A stretch of DNA of 64,000 nucleotides from Pseudomonadota bacterium (GTDB taxonomy: Bacteria; Myxococcota; JACRCW01; JAFGSX01), in the NCBI GenBank assembly GCA_043821645.1, contig JBDRCO010000051.1:1-64000 (forward strand), in the 5' to 3' direction. The position numbers and the translations under genes were made by a program. Positions 1-10,400 of this stretch are shown one piece after another (the stretch's first letter is position 1; each line of letters starts with the position of its first letter). The notes beneath the pieces are model-generated. The model saw only the letters and a list, made by a program, of their open reading frames with translations. It searched no databases and was not told the origin of the DNA.

Positions 1-792
1 CTCGGTGACGGGCTGGCGCGCGAACACGCCGCGACCGTACAGTTCGAGGGCAGCCCGGAGCTGCACCTGCAAAGCGGGTGGCACCTGCTTCAGTGCCGGA
101 TGGCGCGCGATCTCGTCGCCAGTACGGGTGCGCGCGTCGCGCACGGTGTCGGCCTGCACCAGGCTCTCGGCGAGCAGTTCCACACCCTGACGCAGCCGGC
201 TCAGGGAATCCGGCACCTGCAGCAGCTGCGCACGCACGTCGACGTCAGAGCCGCGCAGAGCCGCCGCCGAGGGTGTGCGGGCGCGAGCGCGATCGCCAGG
301 CGCAGGCCGGCGTGCCAGACGCAGCAGCAGGACCAGCAACACGCCCACCAACACACCCAGAAAACCGATGCGCACCGCCGCGGCCATGGCCCTGGTCTCG
401 CGCAGGCCCAGCACCTGGCTCAGCCACGTGCTCAGCGCTCGCAGCCAGACCTGCAGCGGATTGGAGCCCGCATGTTCGCGGCGCAGCCGGGGATCTGCCA
501 GCGCCCGCGCCACAAGTTCACCCACCGCGAGGTCACAGCGCGCGTGGTGCAGCACCAGACCCTGGCAGGTCGCGCGTACCCGTGCAGCCCAGGTGGCGTC
601 GTCGGGCAGGGCCGCGAGGTCCTGTCGCACCCCGATGGGCAGCTGGACCTCGTCGTCAACCAGGGTCTGGATGGCCGCGCGGATGTCGCCGGCACAGGCC
701 ACAGCGTCGGGCGCGCAGGCGCGATCCAGGTATTCAAGGGCTGGCCCGCACTGGCTGACCAGGATCAGCATCGCCCCCAGCACCGCCGTCAT
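1..792 (-). CDS. Membrane protein with probable C-terminal DUF4129-like domain (partial, runs off the window edge)
   Basis: Not in the ORF track because it is truncated. ATG at 792-790 overlaps the upstream stop (ATGA). Translates MTAVLGAMLILVSQC..., TM segment IGFLGVLVGVLLVLLL, then DARTRTGDEI resembling DUF4129. Typical of MoxR/DUF58-associated operons. Confidence 0.55.
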   Translation of the reverse strand, partial: MTAVLGAMLILVSQCGPALEYLDRACAPDAVACAGDIRAAIQTLVDDEVQLPIGVRQDLAALPDDATWAARVRATCQGLVLHHARCDLAVGELVARALADPRLRREHAGSNPLQVWLRALSTWLSQVLGLRETRAMAAAVRIGFLGVLVGVLLVLLLRLARRPAPGDRARARTPSAAALRGSDVDVRAQLLQVPDSLSRLRQGVELLAESLVQADTVRDARTRTGDEIARHPALKQVPPALQVQLRAALELYGRGVFARQPVTE

Positions 793-1769
793 GCCACGCC
801 CCGACGCTGTGCCAGAAAGCGTGCCGCGTACTGCAGGTCCAGCCCCTCGTGACGAGCGCGCAGGTCAAAGTAGAAGGCGGCCATGGCCAGGGAGCCAAAG
901 GGTCCCACCGCAGCCCGGCCCGTCACCTCGAGCAACTCCAGCACCACATGGAGCCAGCTCCCGGCCAGATCGCCGGTCCCGGCACCGGCCAGACCCGCCA
1001 GCAGCAGCCCGGGCAGCGCCGCGAGCGCGGTGACGCCCCAGGTGGAGAGCATGACCACCGTGAAGATGAGTCCCATGCGCAGGTCATTGTTGTGACGCCA
1101 GCCCCGGCCCTGGCGCCGCGAGATCAGACGCATGCTGCGCCGTAGCGCACGCACGCCACTCACCGGTTCCAGGGTGGCCACCACCGGGGTCAGGGCGAGC
1201 CGCAGCAGCAGCAACGAGCCGACCCCGGCGGCCACGCTGACGCCGGCCATCACCAGCAGGCCACCGGCGATGGGTCCCAGCGCCACACTCAGGCCGGCCA
1301 GGGCCACCACGGCCATGCTCGCCGCGGCAAGGATCCCGCCGTAGACCGCGCCCAGCACGAACACGGTCCACAGCAGGGAAGGCAGACGATTCAGCAACCG
1401 CCGGCTCACTGCACGGAGGTTCAGCGGACGCGCCTCCACGTCGAGAAAGGTGACCAGCGCCGCCACACCCAGGTTGACTTGGCCGATGACGAAGGCCAGC
1501 TGCACCAGCACCAGTCCGCCCCAGGTCGAGCGGTCCGTCAGGTCGGTGAAACTCTGCTGCAACTGCAGCAACTGCGACGACAGGGTCACCCCCTCGCCCA
1601 TCCAGGCCGCGACCGCGTACTCGACCAGCTGAAGGATCAACGACAGTGCGAAGAGGGTGCCGAAGTGCCGCCGCAACAGGCTCAAGCTGCGGTCCATGAG
1701 GTCGCCCACGCCGACGGGGTGATAGCGGAGCCACGGCGGGGCTGGAGACGGCTGCTCGGTGGCGGACAT
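789..1769 (-). CDS. Multi-pass membrane protein (GDPD membrane-anchor-like / MoxR-operon membrane protein)
   Basis: PVGVGDLMDRS N-terminal motif, about 6 TM helices, ALRRS motif, and C-terminal YFDLRARHEGLDL typical of this family. Confidence 0.7.
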   Translation of the reverse strand: MSATEQPSPAPPWLRYHPVGVGDLMDRSLSLLRRHFGTLFALSLILQLVEYAVAAWMGEGVTLSSQLLQLQQSFTDLTDRSTWGGLVLVQLAFVIGQVNLGVAALVTFLDVEARPLNLRAVSRRLLNRLPSLLWTVFVLGAVYGGILAAASMAVVALAGLSVALGPIAGGLLVMAGVSVAAGVGSLLLLRLALTPVVATLEPVSGVRALRRSMRLISRRQGRGWRHNNDLRMGLIFTVVMLSTWGVTALAALPGLLLAGLAGAGTGDLAGSWLHVVLELLEVTGRAAVGPFGSLAMAAFYFDLRARHEGLDLQYAARFLAQRRGVA

Positions 1770-1893
1770 GGCGCGACGGTAGCGCGCGCCGTGGAACAGG
1801 CCAAGCGCGTCGCGAGGCTTGGTCTGACCCGGCGAAGTGCGCTAAGACAGGCAGCGGGCCGCGCAAGCTGGCGTGCGGGCCCATGAGGTATTC

Positions 1894-3429
1894 ATGCGTC
1901 GACGTCGCTTGTTGTGGATCGTGCCCTGCCTCGGGCTCCTGCTGTGTCCCGGCCTGGGCGCGGCCAAAACCGCACCAGCCCGCATCACCGTCGCGGTGGC
2001 GCCTTTTGCCACCGCCAGCACCGAGGAATACTGGTGGATGGGTTTCGCCCTCGCCGACGTGCTGGAGGAGCGGCTGGGTCAGGTCCCCACGGTCAATACC
2101 CTGTCGATCAAGCAATGGAACGCGGTGCTGCGAGAGCGCGACCTGCCGCCGGGTCCGCTGTCCAGTGACGACGAGATCCTGCGCTCGGGCAAGCTGCTGG
2201 GGGCGCGCTATGTGGTCACCGGTTCCTACCAGGCCAAATGGCCCGACATGCGAGTGCTCATGCGCGTGCTCGACACCCAGAATGGCCAGGTGGTGCTCAG
2301 CACCGAAGCCAGGGACAGGGTGGAGCGCGTTCTGGCCATCGAGGGCCAGCTCGCCATCGAGCTGTGCAAATTACTTGGTATCAAGCTACCGCCAGCGCCG
2401 GTGCGGCCAAAGAACGTGTACGCCCTGCGCGCGGCCATGGTGTGCAAGGAGACCGCGGTGATGCAAAGCCTGGGTCCGCGCGCCGAACCGAGCCTGCCGG
2501 CCGGCACGGTGTGGCAGGCCAAGCGCCTGTGCGATGAGGCCCTGGCCACCTCGGCCGAGGACCCCATCGCCCTCGGAGCCCTGGGGGTGCTGCAGGCCGT
2601 GGTTGGCGAGAAGAATGCGGCCGAACTCAGCCTCAAGCGTGCGGTGGGCTATGCCCGGCGACCCGGCTTCGCCGACCTGGGCCTGTTCTGGGTGCGCTAC
2701 CAGCGAGGCAAGAAGGACGAAGCCGTGGCGGGCCTGCAAGCCGCCGTGGCCAAGCGCCCGGGTTACCTGCACGCCCGTGGCGTGCTCGGTCAGGCCCTGA
2801 GTGAACTCGGCCGCCACGACGAGGCGCGCAAGGTCTGGGAAGAGTACCTGGCGCTGTCCCCTGCGCAGCCCTGGGCCCTGGCTCAGCTCGGCTACACCCT
2901 GGCGAGGCTCGGCGACATCGACGGCGCCATCGCGCGCAGCAACCAGGCCATCGCCCTGGTGCCCGACGACGCCGCCCTGTACATCGAGCGCGCATCCAGG
3001 GAGATCGACGGCAAGCGCTGGGAGCAGGCCGAGGCCAGCTTGCGCAAGGCCCTGGAGCTGGACCCCAAGCTCGCCGTCACCTACCTGCGTCTGGGTTTCG
3101 TTTACCTCGAGACCAAGCAAGAGGCCCTGGCCGGAGCCATGTTCAAGAAGGCCCTGGCCGAGGCCGACCTCGAGAGTGAGCAACGGGTGCGCGGCATCGC
3201 GTGCTTCGACCTCGCCAAGGTGGAGGCCCGGGCCAAGAAGGTGGACGCGGCCCTGACCTACCTCGACCAGGCGATCAACGAGGGATTCACCAAGCTCAAG
3301 CTGCTGGACAGTGACGACGACCTGGCGGCGCTGCGCAGTACCCCGCGCTACAAGGCCTTGCAGGCGCGCTTGCAGCAAAAGCTGGCAGCGCCGGTGGAAG
3401 AGCCCAAAGCCGGGGAGAAGGTCTATTGA
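1894..3429 (+). CDS. Exported TPR protein with N-terminal TolB-N/CsgG-like domain
   Basis: Signal peptide, VAVAPF...GKLLGARYVVTGSY domain, multiple TPRs (ALELDPKLAVTYLRLG), and a TPR end-of-group-like C-terminus (DDDLAALRSTPRY). GAGGT RBS. Confidence 0.8.
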   Translation: MRRRRLLWIVPCLGLLLCPGLGAAKTAPARITVAVAPFATASTEEYWWMGFALADVLEERLGQVPTVNTLSIKQWNAVLRERDLPPGPLSSDDEILRSGKLLGARYVVTGSYQAKWPDMRVLMRVLDTQNGQVVLSTEARDRVERVLAIEGQLAIELCKLLGIKLPPAPVRPKNVYALRAAMVCKETAVMQSLGPRAEPSLPAGTVWQAKRLCDEALATSAEDPIALGALGVLQAVVGEKNAAELSLKRAVGYARRPGFADLGLFWVRYQRGKKDEAVAGLQAAVAKRPGYLHARGVLGQALSELGRHDEARKVWEEYLALSPAQPWALAQLGYTLARLGDIDGAIARSNQAIALVPDDAALYIERASREIDGKRWEQAEASLRKALELDPKLAVTYLRLGFVYLETKQEALAGAMFKKALAEADLESEQRVRGIACFDLAKVEARAKKVDAALTYLDQAINEGFTKLKLLDSDDDLAALRSTPRYKALQARLQQKLAAPVEEPKAGEKVY

Positions 3430-4772
3430 GCAAGCTTCTCGTCGCCATCGTGGTGTTGCTGTGCAGCAGCCTGGCCTGGGCTGCCGAGGCCGGGGCGCCT
3501 CTCGACGTGCGCATGGGCGAGTGGATAGGCAGCGCAGTGGCCCAGGGCTCGCTTCTGCTCGCGGTAGGGATTGCCTTCGTCGCCGGCGTGGCGGTCAGCC
3601 TGTCGCCCTGCGTGTATCCGCTGATCCCCATCACCATCGCGGTGTTTGGCGCCCGCGAGAAGACCGGCTACCTGCGCGGCTTCACCCTGAGCCTGGCCTA
3701 CGTCGTGGGCATGGCGCTGTTCTACTCGGCCTTTGCCATCGTGTTCGCCCTGCTCGGCCTGGCTTCGGGCTCGCTCATGGCGATGCCCGCGGTGGTGCTC
3801 AGCATCGCCACCCTGGGTCTGGTCATGGCGGCCTCGCTGTTCGGCGCCTTCGAGCTGGTGATCCCGGCGAGCTGGCAGACCCGGCTGTCGACGGTGGGCG
3901 GCGCCGGACACCTGGGTGCCTTTTTGATGGGCCTGGCTGCCGGTGTCATCGCCGCACCCTGCGCCGGACCGGTGCTGGTCTTCATCCTGGCCCTCATTGC
4001 CAAGGAGGGAAACCCGCTGCTGGGGGCCGCCCTGATGGTGGCCTACGCCTTTGGCATCGGTTTGCTGTTTCTGATCCTGGGCACCTTCTCGCAGCTCATC
4101 TCACGCATGCCCAAGAGTGGGCGCTGGATGGAGACTGCACGCAGCACGCTCGGCCTGGGCATGCTGTTGGCTGCCCTGTACATCGCCCTTCCCCACGTTC
4201 CGCCGCTGCGGGCCTTCGTCGGGCTGAACTGGCACGGCAGCGGTATCGCCATCGCCCTCGGGATGATCGCGCTGGGCCTGGTCGCGGGCGCCCTGCACCT
4301 GTCCTTTCACGACGGAACCCTGGCCACGGTGCGCAAGGTGGCAGGCATCGCACTGGCCACCGCCGGCCTCCTGGGTATGGTCGGGGTCCTGCACAATGCT
4401 CCGCTGCCGAGCAGGAATGACGCGCAGCGGGTGTGGCTTCACCAGCACGACCCGGCCCTGGAACTAGGCCGCACCCAGGGCAAGCCGGTGCTCATCGACT
4501 TCGGCGCCGAGTGGTGTGTGGCCTGCAAGGAGCTCAAGAAGCACGTCTTCACCACCGCGGAGTTTCGCGAGGAAGCGGCGCGCTTCGTGCTGGTGGACAT
4601 CGACTGCACCGAGCTCAGCGACGAGGTCAACAGGCTGTGGGAGCTGTACGGCATCCGCGGCCTGCCCAACATCGTCTTCATCGACAGCCAGGGTCTGCTG
4701 GTGCCGGACCTGCGCATCACCTCTTTCGTCGACGCAAAGCACTTTGTGGCGCAGATGCGTAAAGTGCGATAG
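3426..4772 (+). CDS. dsbD: DsbD/CcdA-family thiol:disulfide interchange protein (TM domain + thioredoxin, no N-terminal alpha domain)
   Basis: SLSPCVYPLIP and AAPCAGP transmembrane Cys motifs, MPKSGRWM, C-terminal DFGAEWCVAC thioredoxin. TTGA overlap with the previous gene. Confidence 0.85.
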   Translation: MSKLLVAIVVLLCSSLAWAAEAGAPLDVRMGEWIGSAVAQGSLLLAVGIAFVAGVAVSLSPCVYPLIPITIAVFGAREKTGYLRGFTLSLAYVVGMALFYSAFAIVFALLGLASGSLMAMPAVVLSIATLGLVMAASLFGAFELVIPASWQTRLSTVGGAGHLGAFLMGLAAGVIAAPCAGPVLVFILALIAKEGNPLLGAALMVAYAFGIGLLFLILGTFSQLISRMPKSGRWMETARSTLGLGMLLAALYIALPHVPPLRAFVGLNWHGSGIAIALGMIALGLVAGALHLSFHDGTLATVRKVAGIALATAGLLGMVGVLHNAPLPSRNDAQRVWLHQHDPALELGRTQGKPVLIDFGAEWCVACKELKKHVFTTAEFREEAARFVLVDIDCTELSDEVNRLWELYGIRGLPNIVFIDSQGLLVPDLRITSFVDAKHFVAQMRKVR

Positions 4773-4817
4773 AAGCGCGGCCGTATCACCGACAGGATAT
4801 CAACGCAGGAGGACACC

Positions 4818-5660
4818 ATGAACACTGCTCGCACATCGCTCGCGCTCGTGCTCGCCGGCGCGCTGGCCACGGCCTGCGGCATCCCGGAAGAGCAGTACGT
4901 TCGCAAGGTCAACGAGGTCGAGACCCTGCGGCAGGACCTGGAGGGCGCCCGCGGCCAGGTGCGCGCCGTGGACAAGAAGAACAAGGTCCTGGAGTCGGCC
5001 CTGGGCGACAAGGACAAGAGCGCCACCGATCTGGCACGGGAGCTGGGTGAGGCCAAGCAGGCGCGCAGCGACGTCGAGGCCAACCTGGCCAAGCGCGGTC
5101 GCGAGCTGGCCGAGATGGCAGCGCAGCTCAAGCAGCTCGAGGACGAGCGGGCCTCGCTGAGCAAGAAGCAGCAGAAGCTGCTCGACGAGAAGCGCGAGCT
5201 CGAGCTCAAGACCAAGGACTACGACCAGCTGGTCGCCAAGATGAAGGACGAGATCGACTCGGGCAAGATCGAGATCAGCAACCTGCGCGGCCGCATGGCG
5301 GTCAAGCTCAAGGACAAGGTGCTGTTCGCCTCGGGCTCGGCCAAGCTGCAGGACGAGGGCAAAGCGGCCCTGGTCAAGCTGACCGAGGTGTTCAAGGAGA
5401 TCACTGGCAAGTCGCTGCGCGTCGAGGGTCACACCGACAACGTGCCGGTGAGCAAGAGCGGCAAGTTCACCAGCAACTGGGATCTCTCCAGTGCCCGCGC
5501 CCTGGCCGTGGTGACCTTCCTGCAGGAGCAGGGCCTGGACGCCACCCGGCTCAGCGCCGAGGGCTGCGGTGAGTATCGCCCCATCGCAGACAACGAGACC
5601 CCCGAGGGCCGCAGCCAGAACCGCCGCATCGAGATCGTGCTGGTGCCCCTGGCGAGCTAG
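4818..5660 (+). CDS. OmpA/MotB-family peptidoglycan-binding lipoprotein with coiled coil
   Basis: Lipobox ATAC, long coiled coil, VLFASGSA / VEGHTDN / NWDLSSARA / NRRIEI motifs. AGGAGG RBS. Confidence 0.9.
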   Translation: MNTARTSLALVLAGALATACGIPEEQYVRKVNEVETLRQDLEGARGQVRAVDKKNKVLESALGDKDKSATDLARELGEAKQARSDVEANLAKRGRELAEMAAQLKQLEDERASLSKKQQKLLDEKRELELKTKDYDQLVAKMKDEIDSGKIEISNLRGRMAVKLKDKVLFASGSAKLQDEGKAALVKLTEVFKEITGKSLRVEGHTDNVPVSKSGKFTSNWDLSSARALAVVTFLQEQGLDATRLSAEGCGEYRPIADNETPEGRSQNRRIEIVLVPLAS

Positions 5661-5767
5661 GCGCACGCGGGGGAGTCGCCCCCCTCGCCCCGACCTTCCG
5701 ACGATGGATAGCATCATTCGGGCGACCGCCTCCCTGCCTCTTGCGCGTCGCCGCTTCCGGAGCCACC

Positions 5768-6100
5768 GTGAGTCAGCTCAAGGGATTTCAAAAAACTTAC
5801 CTGCGTGGCCTGGCGCACAGTCTCAAGCCCGTGGTGCAGATCGGCCAGCGAGGGCTCGCCGAGGGCACGGTCGAGGAGATCAGCCAGGCGCTAGAGCGCC
5901 ACGAGCTGATCAAGGTCAAGTTCAACGCGGTCAAGGACAAGGAACTCAAACTCGGCCTGGCCGCGGAGATCGCCCAGGCGACGGCGTGTGACCTGGTGGG
6001 GGTGATAGGGCACGTGTCCATCTTCTACCGGCGCCAGCCCGACCCCGAGAAACGTCAGATCCGCGTCCCCCTGCGCGAGGCGCGCAGCGGCGGGGCGTGA
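5768..6100 (+). CDS. yhbY: CRM-domain ribosome assembly RNA-binding protein YhbY
   Basis: LRGLAHSLKPVVQIGQRG, HELIKVK and IGH motifs. GTG start after GGAG. Confidence 0.9.
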   Translation: MSQLKGFQKTYLRGLAHSLKPVVQIGQRGLAEGTVEEISQALERHELIKVKFNAVKDKELKLGLAAEIAQATACDLVGVIGHVSIFYRRQPDPEKRQIRVPLREARSGGA

Positions 6101-6120
6101 ACACAACCAGGAGGACGGCG

Positions 6121-6708
6121 ATGCCTCTGCTCGACGTCAATCGCAGCGTGCTGGTGGTGATAGACCTGCAGGGCAGCCTGGTGCACCTGATGCATCGCAG
6201 TGCCCGGGTGCAGGCTGCGGCGCAGCGTCTGCTGGGGATGGCCAGCCTGTTCCGGGTGCCGGTGATCCTGACCGAGCAGTACCCAAAGGGGCTGGGTCCC
6301 ACGGCGCCGGAGATCCGCGCGGCCTTTGATAGCCTCGAGGTCCCCAGGGCGCTGGTCGAGAAGACCAGCTTTGGCTGCACCGGTGAGCCAAGCTTCCTGC
6401 AGGCGCTGGCCAGGCTCAGCGGTGGACTGCAGGCCAGCGACAGACAGATCGTGGTAGCGGGCATCGAGGCCCACGTGTGCGTGCTGCAGACCGTTCTCGA
6501 GCTGAAGCGCAGCGATCATGACGTGCACGTGGTGTGGGAGGCGGTCTCTAGCCGCAGCGACGAGGCTCGCGGTCACGCTCTGGAGCGCATGCAACAGGCG
6601 GGGGCGGTCCTGACCTCGCACGAGAGTGTGGGCTTCGAGTGGGCGCGCGACAAGCAGCACCCGAGCTTCAAGGCCATGAGCGCGCTCATCCGCGAACCTC
6701 TGAGCTAG
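6121..6708 (+). CDS. Isochorismatase-family cysteine hydrolase
   Basis: VVIDLQ, TEQYPKGLGPT, KTSFGC, GIEAHVCVLQT. AGGAGG RBS. Confidence 0.9.
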   Translation: MPLLDVNRSVLVVIDLQGSLVHLMHRSARVQAAAQRLLGMASLFRVPVILTEQYPKGLGPTAPEIRAAFDSLEVPRALVEKTSFGCTGEPSFLQALARLSGGLQASDRQIVVAGIEAHVCVLQTVLELKRSDHDVHVVWEAVSSRSDEARGHALERMQQAGAVLTSHESVGFEWARDKQHPSFKAMSALIREPLS

Positions 6709-6710
6709 TT

Positions 6711-7412
6711 CTATTCCGGGACGACCACGGCCGGCTGAGAGCTCGGGGCAGCGCCTCTGCCCTGCAACAGCTCGTCGATGCGGGGTCGGTCAAAGCCCAT
6801 GACCAGGGTGCCGTCGATGTCGATCACGGGAACCCCGGAACCTGCGCTGCCGGTGGCCCGCAGCTTGGTCTCGAGTTCCCGCGCAGCGGCGGCAGAGCCC
6901 TCGACGTCGCGCTCGACAAAGGCCACACCGCGCTCCTTCAGGTACGCCTTGGCGCGCTTGCAGAAGCCGCACCAGGGAGTGGTGTAGATGACCACGGCGC
7001 CCGCGGGCACCGGCTCCACCCCCGCGGCCGGGCGAGGCTGCAGTGCGCCGCGAAAGCGACTCATGGGGCGCGCGGTGTAGCGCCCCTGGGCGTCGGTGGA
7101 CGTGAGATCGGCAAAGTACACGAAGCGATCAGCCTGGCGCTTCTCGGGACTGCGCGACAGGTCCACCACCATCACACGCGCGCGCAGCGCTTCGGGAATC
7201 TCGGTGGGCTTCTCGACATTGAGGGCACGCCCCATGGGGTCGAGCACCGACAGCAGCAGCTGGGGTGTGGCGTCGGTGAAGAGGAAGGGTTCGGGCAAGC
7301 TCTCAGTCTCGCCTGCGTCGCTCGCCCTGGCGTCAGGAGCCGGCTGCCGGCACGCGGCGAGCAGCAGGACGGGGACCAGCAACACGGCTCGGGGAGCGGA
7401 CCACCTGGACAT
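6711..7412 (-). CDS. Glutaredoxin-domain lipoprotein
   Basis: Lipobox LAAC; C-terminal YTTPWCGFCKRAK...GVPVIDIDG glutaredoxin fold. GGAGGTG RBS. Confidence 0.85.
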   Translation of the reverse strand: MSRWSAPRAVLLVPVLLLAACRQPAPDARASDAGETESLPEPFLFTDATPQLLLSVLDPMGRALNVEKPTEIPEALRARVMVVDLSRSPEKRQADRFVYFADLTSTDAQGRYTARPMSRFRGALQPRPAAGVEPVPAGAVVIYTTPWCGFCKRAKAYLKERGVAFVERDVEGSAAAARELETKLRATGSAGSGVPVIDIDGTLVMGFDRPRIDELLQGRGAAPSSQPAVVVPE

Positions 7413-7449
7413 GACACCTCCACCTCGATCCAATGCTAAGATAGTCCAC

Positions 7450-10400
7450 GTGCGAACGCTGCCAAGCCCTTTGCTCGGAGTCCTGGTCGCGGCCATGCTT
7501 GCGTCCTGCGACAGACCCGTGTTCGTCGAGGAAACGCGCGAGATCCAGGTCAGCGTGCTCGAGCCTGGCGATGGGTCCCTGCTGCCATTGTCGTCGGAAA
7601 CCCGGGTGGTGGTCGAGGCGCGCTCCACCGATGCAGTAGTCGAGGCCCTCGAGATTTCCCTGGTGGCCGCGTCCTGCAGCTCGGGTCAGGCCTGCCCGCG
7701 CCTCGATCTGTACCACCACGGCAGCGCCGTGGCCCAGGGCCGCAGCGAGTTCTGTTTGACCACCCGCCTCGCCCCGCCCGAGATCTGTGCCGACGAGGCC
7801 AGCCGCCTCGACGTGACCGGTCTGGCTCAGGGTCAGGGTCTGGTGCTCAGGGCGCGGGCCCAGGTGCGGGCCAGCACCAGCCACCTGGGGCAAAGCGGCA
7901 AGATCACCTTGCTGCTCTCCGACGACAGAGCACCGCTGGTGAGCCTCGAGAGCGCCGTCCCCTCGGATGACGGACACTATGGACCGGGCGACCGCATCGT
8001 CACCGCCCTCCGCGTGACAGATGAGCAGTCGGGTGTGGGCCGAGTCCTGGTGCGAACCCGCGGCCTGGGTGGTCACGCCGACGCCGAGCAGGCCTGGATC
8101 ATCCCGGTGGGAGCCAGCACGGTGCGCGGTACCGTGACCGTGGCCGTGCCAGGATCCTTCCTCTGCCCCGGATCCTTCGAGATCGAGGCCGAGGTCGAGG
8201 ACCTCGCCGATCCTCCCAACAGTGCCCTGGTCGCCCTGGGCACAGGCTGCGTGGGCGCCTGCTCGGACCACACCCCCCCCGCGTTCTTCAACGTCGTGCT
8301 CGACGTGCCCTCGACGGGCCGGGTGCCGCCCTTTGCCACCTCGGGTGATCAGCTGGTGCTGTCCTTCGACCTCGATGACGACGTGTTCCAGGGCGGCGAA
8401 CCGGTGGTGGAACTGGTGCATGATCCTCCAGGGCTGCACCCGGGTGACGACAAGAGCAGCGTCATCACCACCTGGATCCATCCAGACATCCAGGGCGGCA
8501 ACGACACCGTCCCGGGAGCCAGTTACGTGTACCGCTACACGGTACGTGGCGATGAGCCACCGGGCCGCTACAAGGTGCGCGTCACGGCCATCGACCCGCA
8601 CTGCATCGCCGCCGTGGTGCAACGCGACCTGCTCATCGACTTCACCCCCGGGCCGACCCAGCTGCGGGTCGATCCCGGGCAGCGCGGCGCCACCTTCCTG
8701 CGCCTGGAGTGGGACCTGCCCGCAGGCCAGCCGCCCCCTCTGCACCTGTCCTGGCAGCAGCACCTGGGTGTGCCCCTGCCCACCAGCTTCGTCGAGGTCG
8801 TACCGCCACCGCTGCTGTCGCCCTACATCCACAGCGGCCTCACCCCCGCGTCCCAGTACGCCTACCGTCTGGTCGCCGAGAGCGCCGTGACCCCGGGCCT
8901 GTTCACGGCGGTCACCGGCCTGGATCGCGTCTGCACCCTGCCCGCGCCCCCGGCGCTGACGCTGCAGCGCAGCACCCAGGTATCGCTGGAACTCGATTCC
9001 CAGCTCGGAAGCAACCCGCCAGCAACGCCCCTGGACCTGTACCGCTGCGGCGGCATCGGTTGCGGCAGCGCCTCCTGCACCGTCGACACCGCAAGCTGTG
9101 TCACCATCGAGAACAACGTGCAGGGTGCACGCAACCTCGACGGTCTTTTGCCCTCGACCTGCTACGCCGCGGTGCTCGTGGCCCGTGGCTGCGATTCCGA
9201 CGAGGCGCGAGCCACGGTGTGCGCCCGGACCCAGGATGCCATCCCGCCTCCGAACTGGATCCAGGTCGCAGACCGCACCCTGGACAGCGTGACCTTCGAG
9301 TGGCAGCGCGTCGTGGGCAGCGCCCAGGATGCGGTCACGGCCTACGTCGTGGCGGACGCCGCCGACCTGGAACTGGCCAACGTCCCCCAGGTCGCCGAGG
9401 GACAGATCCCGCGCCACAGCGTGGGAGGCCTGCGGCCAGGACAGGCCACCGCGGTCAAGGTCCGGGTGCTGCGGGAGAGCGGTGGCGAGGGCAGTTTCAG
9501 CCCGCTCACCGGCGGCCATGCCCTGGCCGCAAGCCCGGGTGGCGTGAGCGGCAGCGCCCAGTCCCCGGATACCATCGCTCTGAGCTTCGACACGGGGCTC
9601 AACGGCGGGGAGTGCAATACCCGCTACCGCGTCGTCGATGGCCAGAGTGGCGAGGTGCTGCAACTCGACGGCTCGCTCGGCACGACCGAGGTCTTTGCCA
9701 CGGTCAACGCCTGCGCCGGCGGCTTCGGTTCGAACCTCGTGGTGCACGGTCTGACCCCGGACAGCGACCACGTGTTCGTGCTCACGGCTCGCAACGGCGA
9801 CGGCGTGCTCAGCGCACCCTCAGCGAACTCGCCCACCCTGGTCACCTGGGCGCACCGGGCGGATCCCCCAGCCGTCAGCTCGGACCTGCAGGGCGCGGTG
9901 CAGGTGGTCTTCGACGCCAGCGGCAATCCACCCCGGTCGGAATTCGCCATCCTGGTCGGTGCGCGTTACCTGGACCTTTCGGGCATCATCGTCGACAGCG
10001 CAGCCTTTGGCACCCGTGCCCAGTGGAACGCAGGCACGGGAGTGCTGATCCAGGACCTCACGCCGGACACCATCCACGAGATCCGGCTGCTGGTGCGCAA
10101 CGCGGCCGGAGTCGAGACCGCGGCCTCGCTGCCCGGCTCGGCGCGAACGGCGCCAGCCGTACCCGAGAACCTGACGGCGCAGGCCACGGGTGTGGGTTCG
10201 CTGCAACTCCAGTTCAACCGCGGCCGCAATCCGGTCAGTACCGAGTACCAGGTCGAGCAGGTGCTGCCCGGCGCGGCGAACCTGGGCCAGAGCGCGAACA
10301 CAACCATCCCGGTCACGGCGCTGAGCCCAAGCGAGCGCTACAGCTACCGGGTGCGCGCCGTGGGAGGCGATGGCGTCCAGTTCTCGGCTTGGGTCGGACC

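Noticed and set aside
4818-5660. Flagellar stator motB or Zorya ZorB
   Set aside because: It has a lipoprotein signal rather than the TM helix with the conserved Asp, and no MotA/ZorA partner.
7333-9771. Long antisense or alternative-frame ORFs (also 47871-50219, 29259-30902, 26178-27824, 43241-44839 and others)
   Set aside because: Shadow ORFs expected from high GC3 codon bias opposite well-supported genes; no recognisable motifs.
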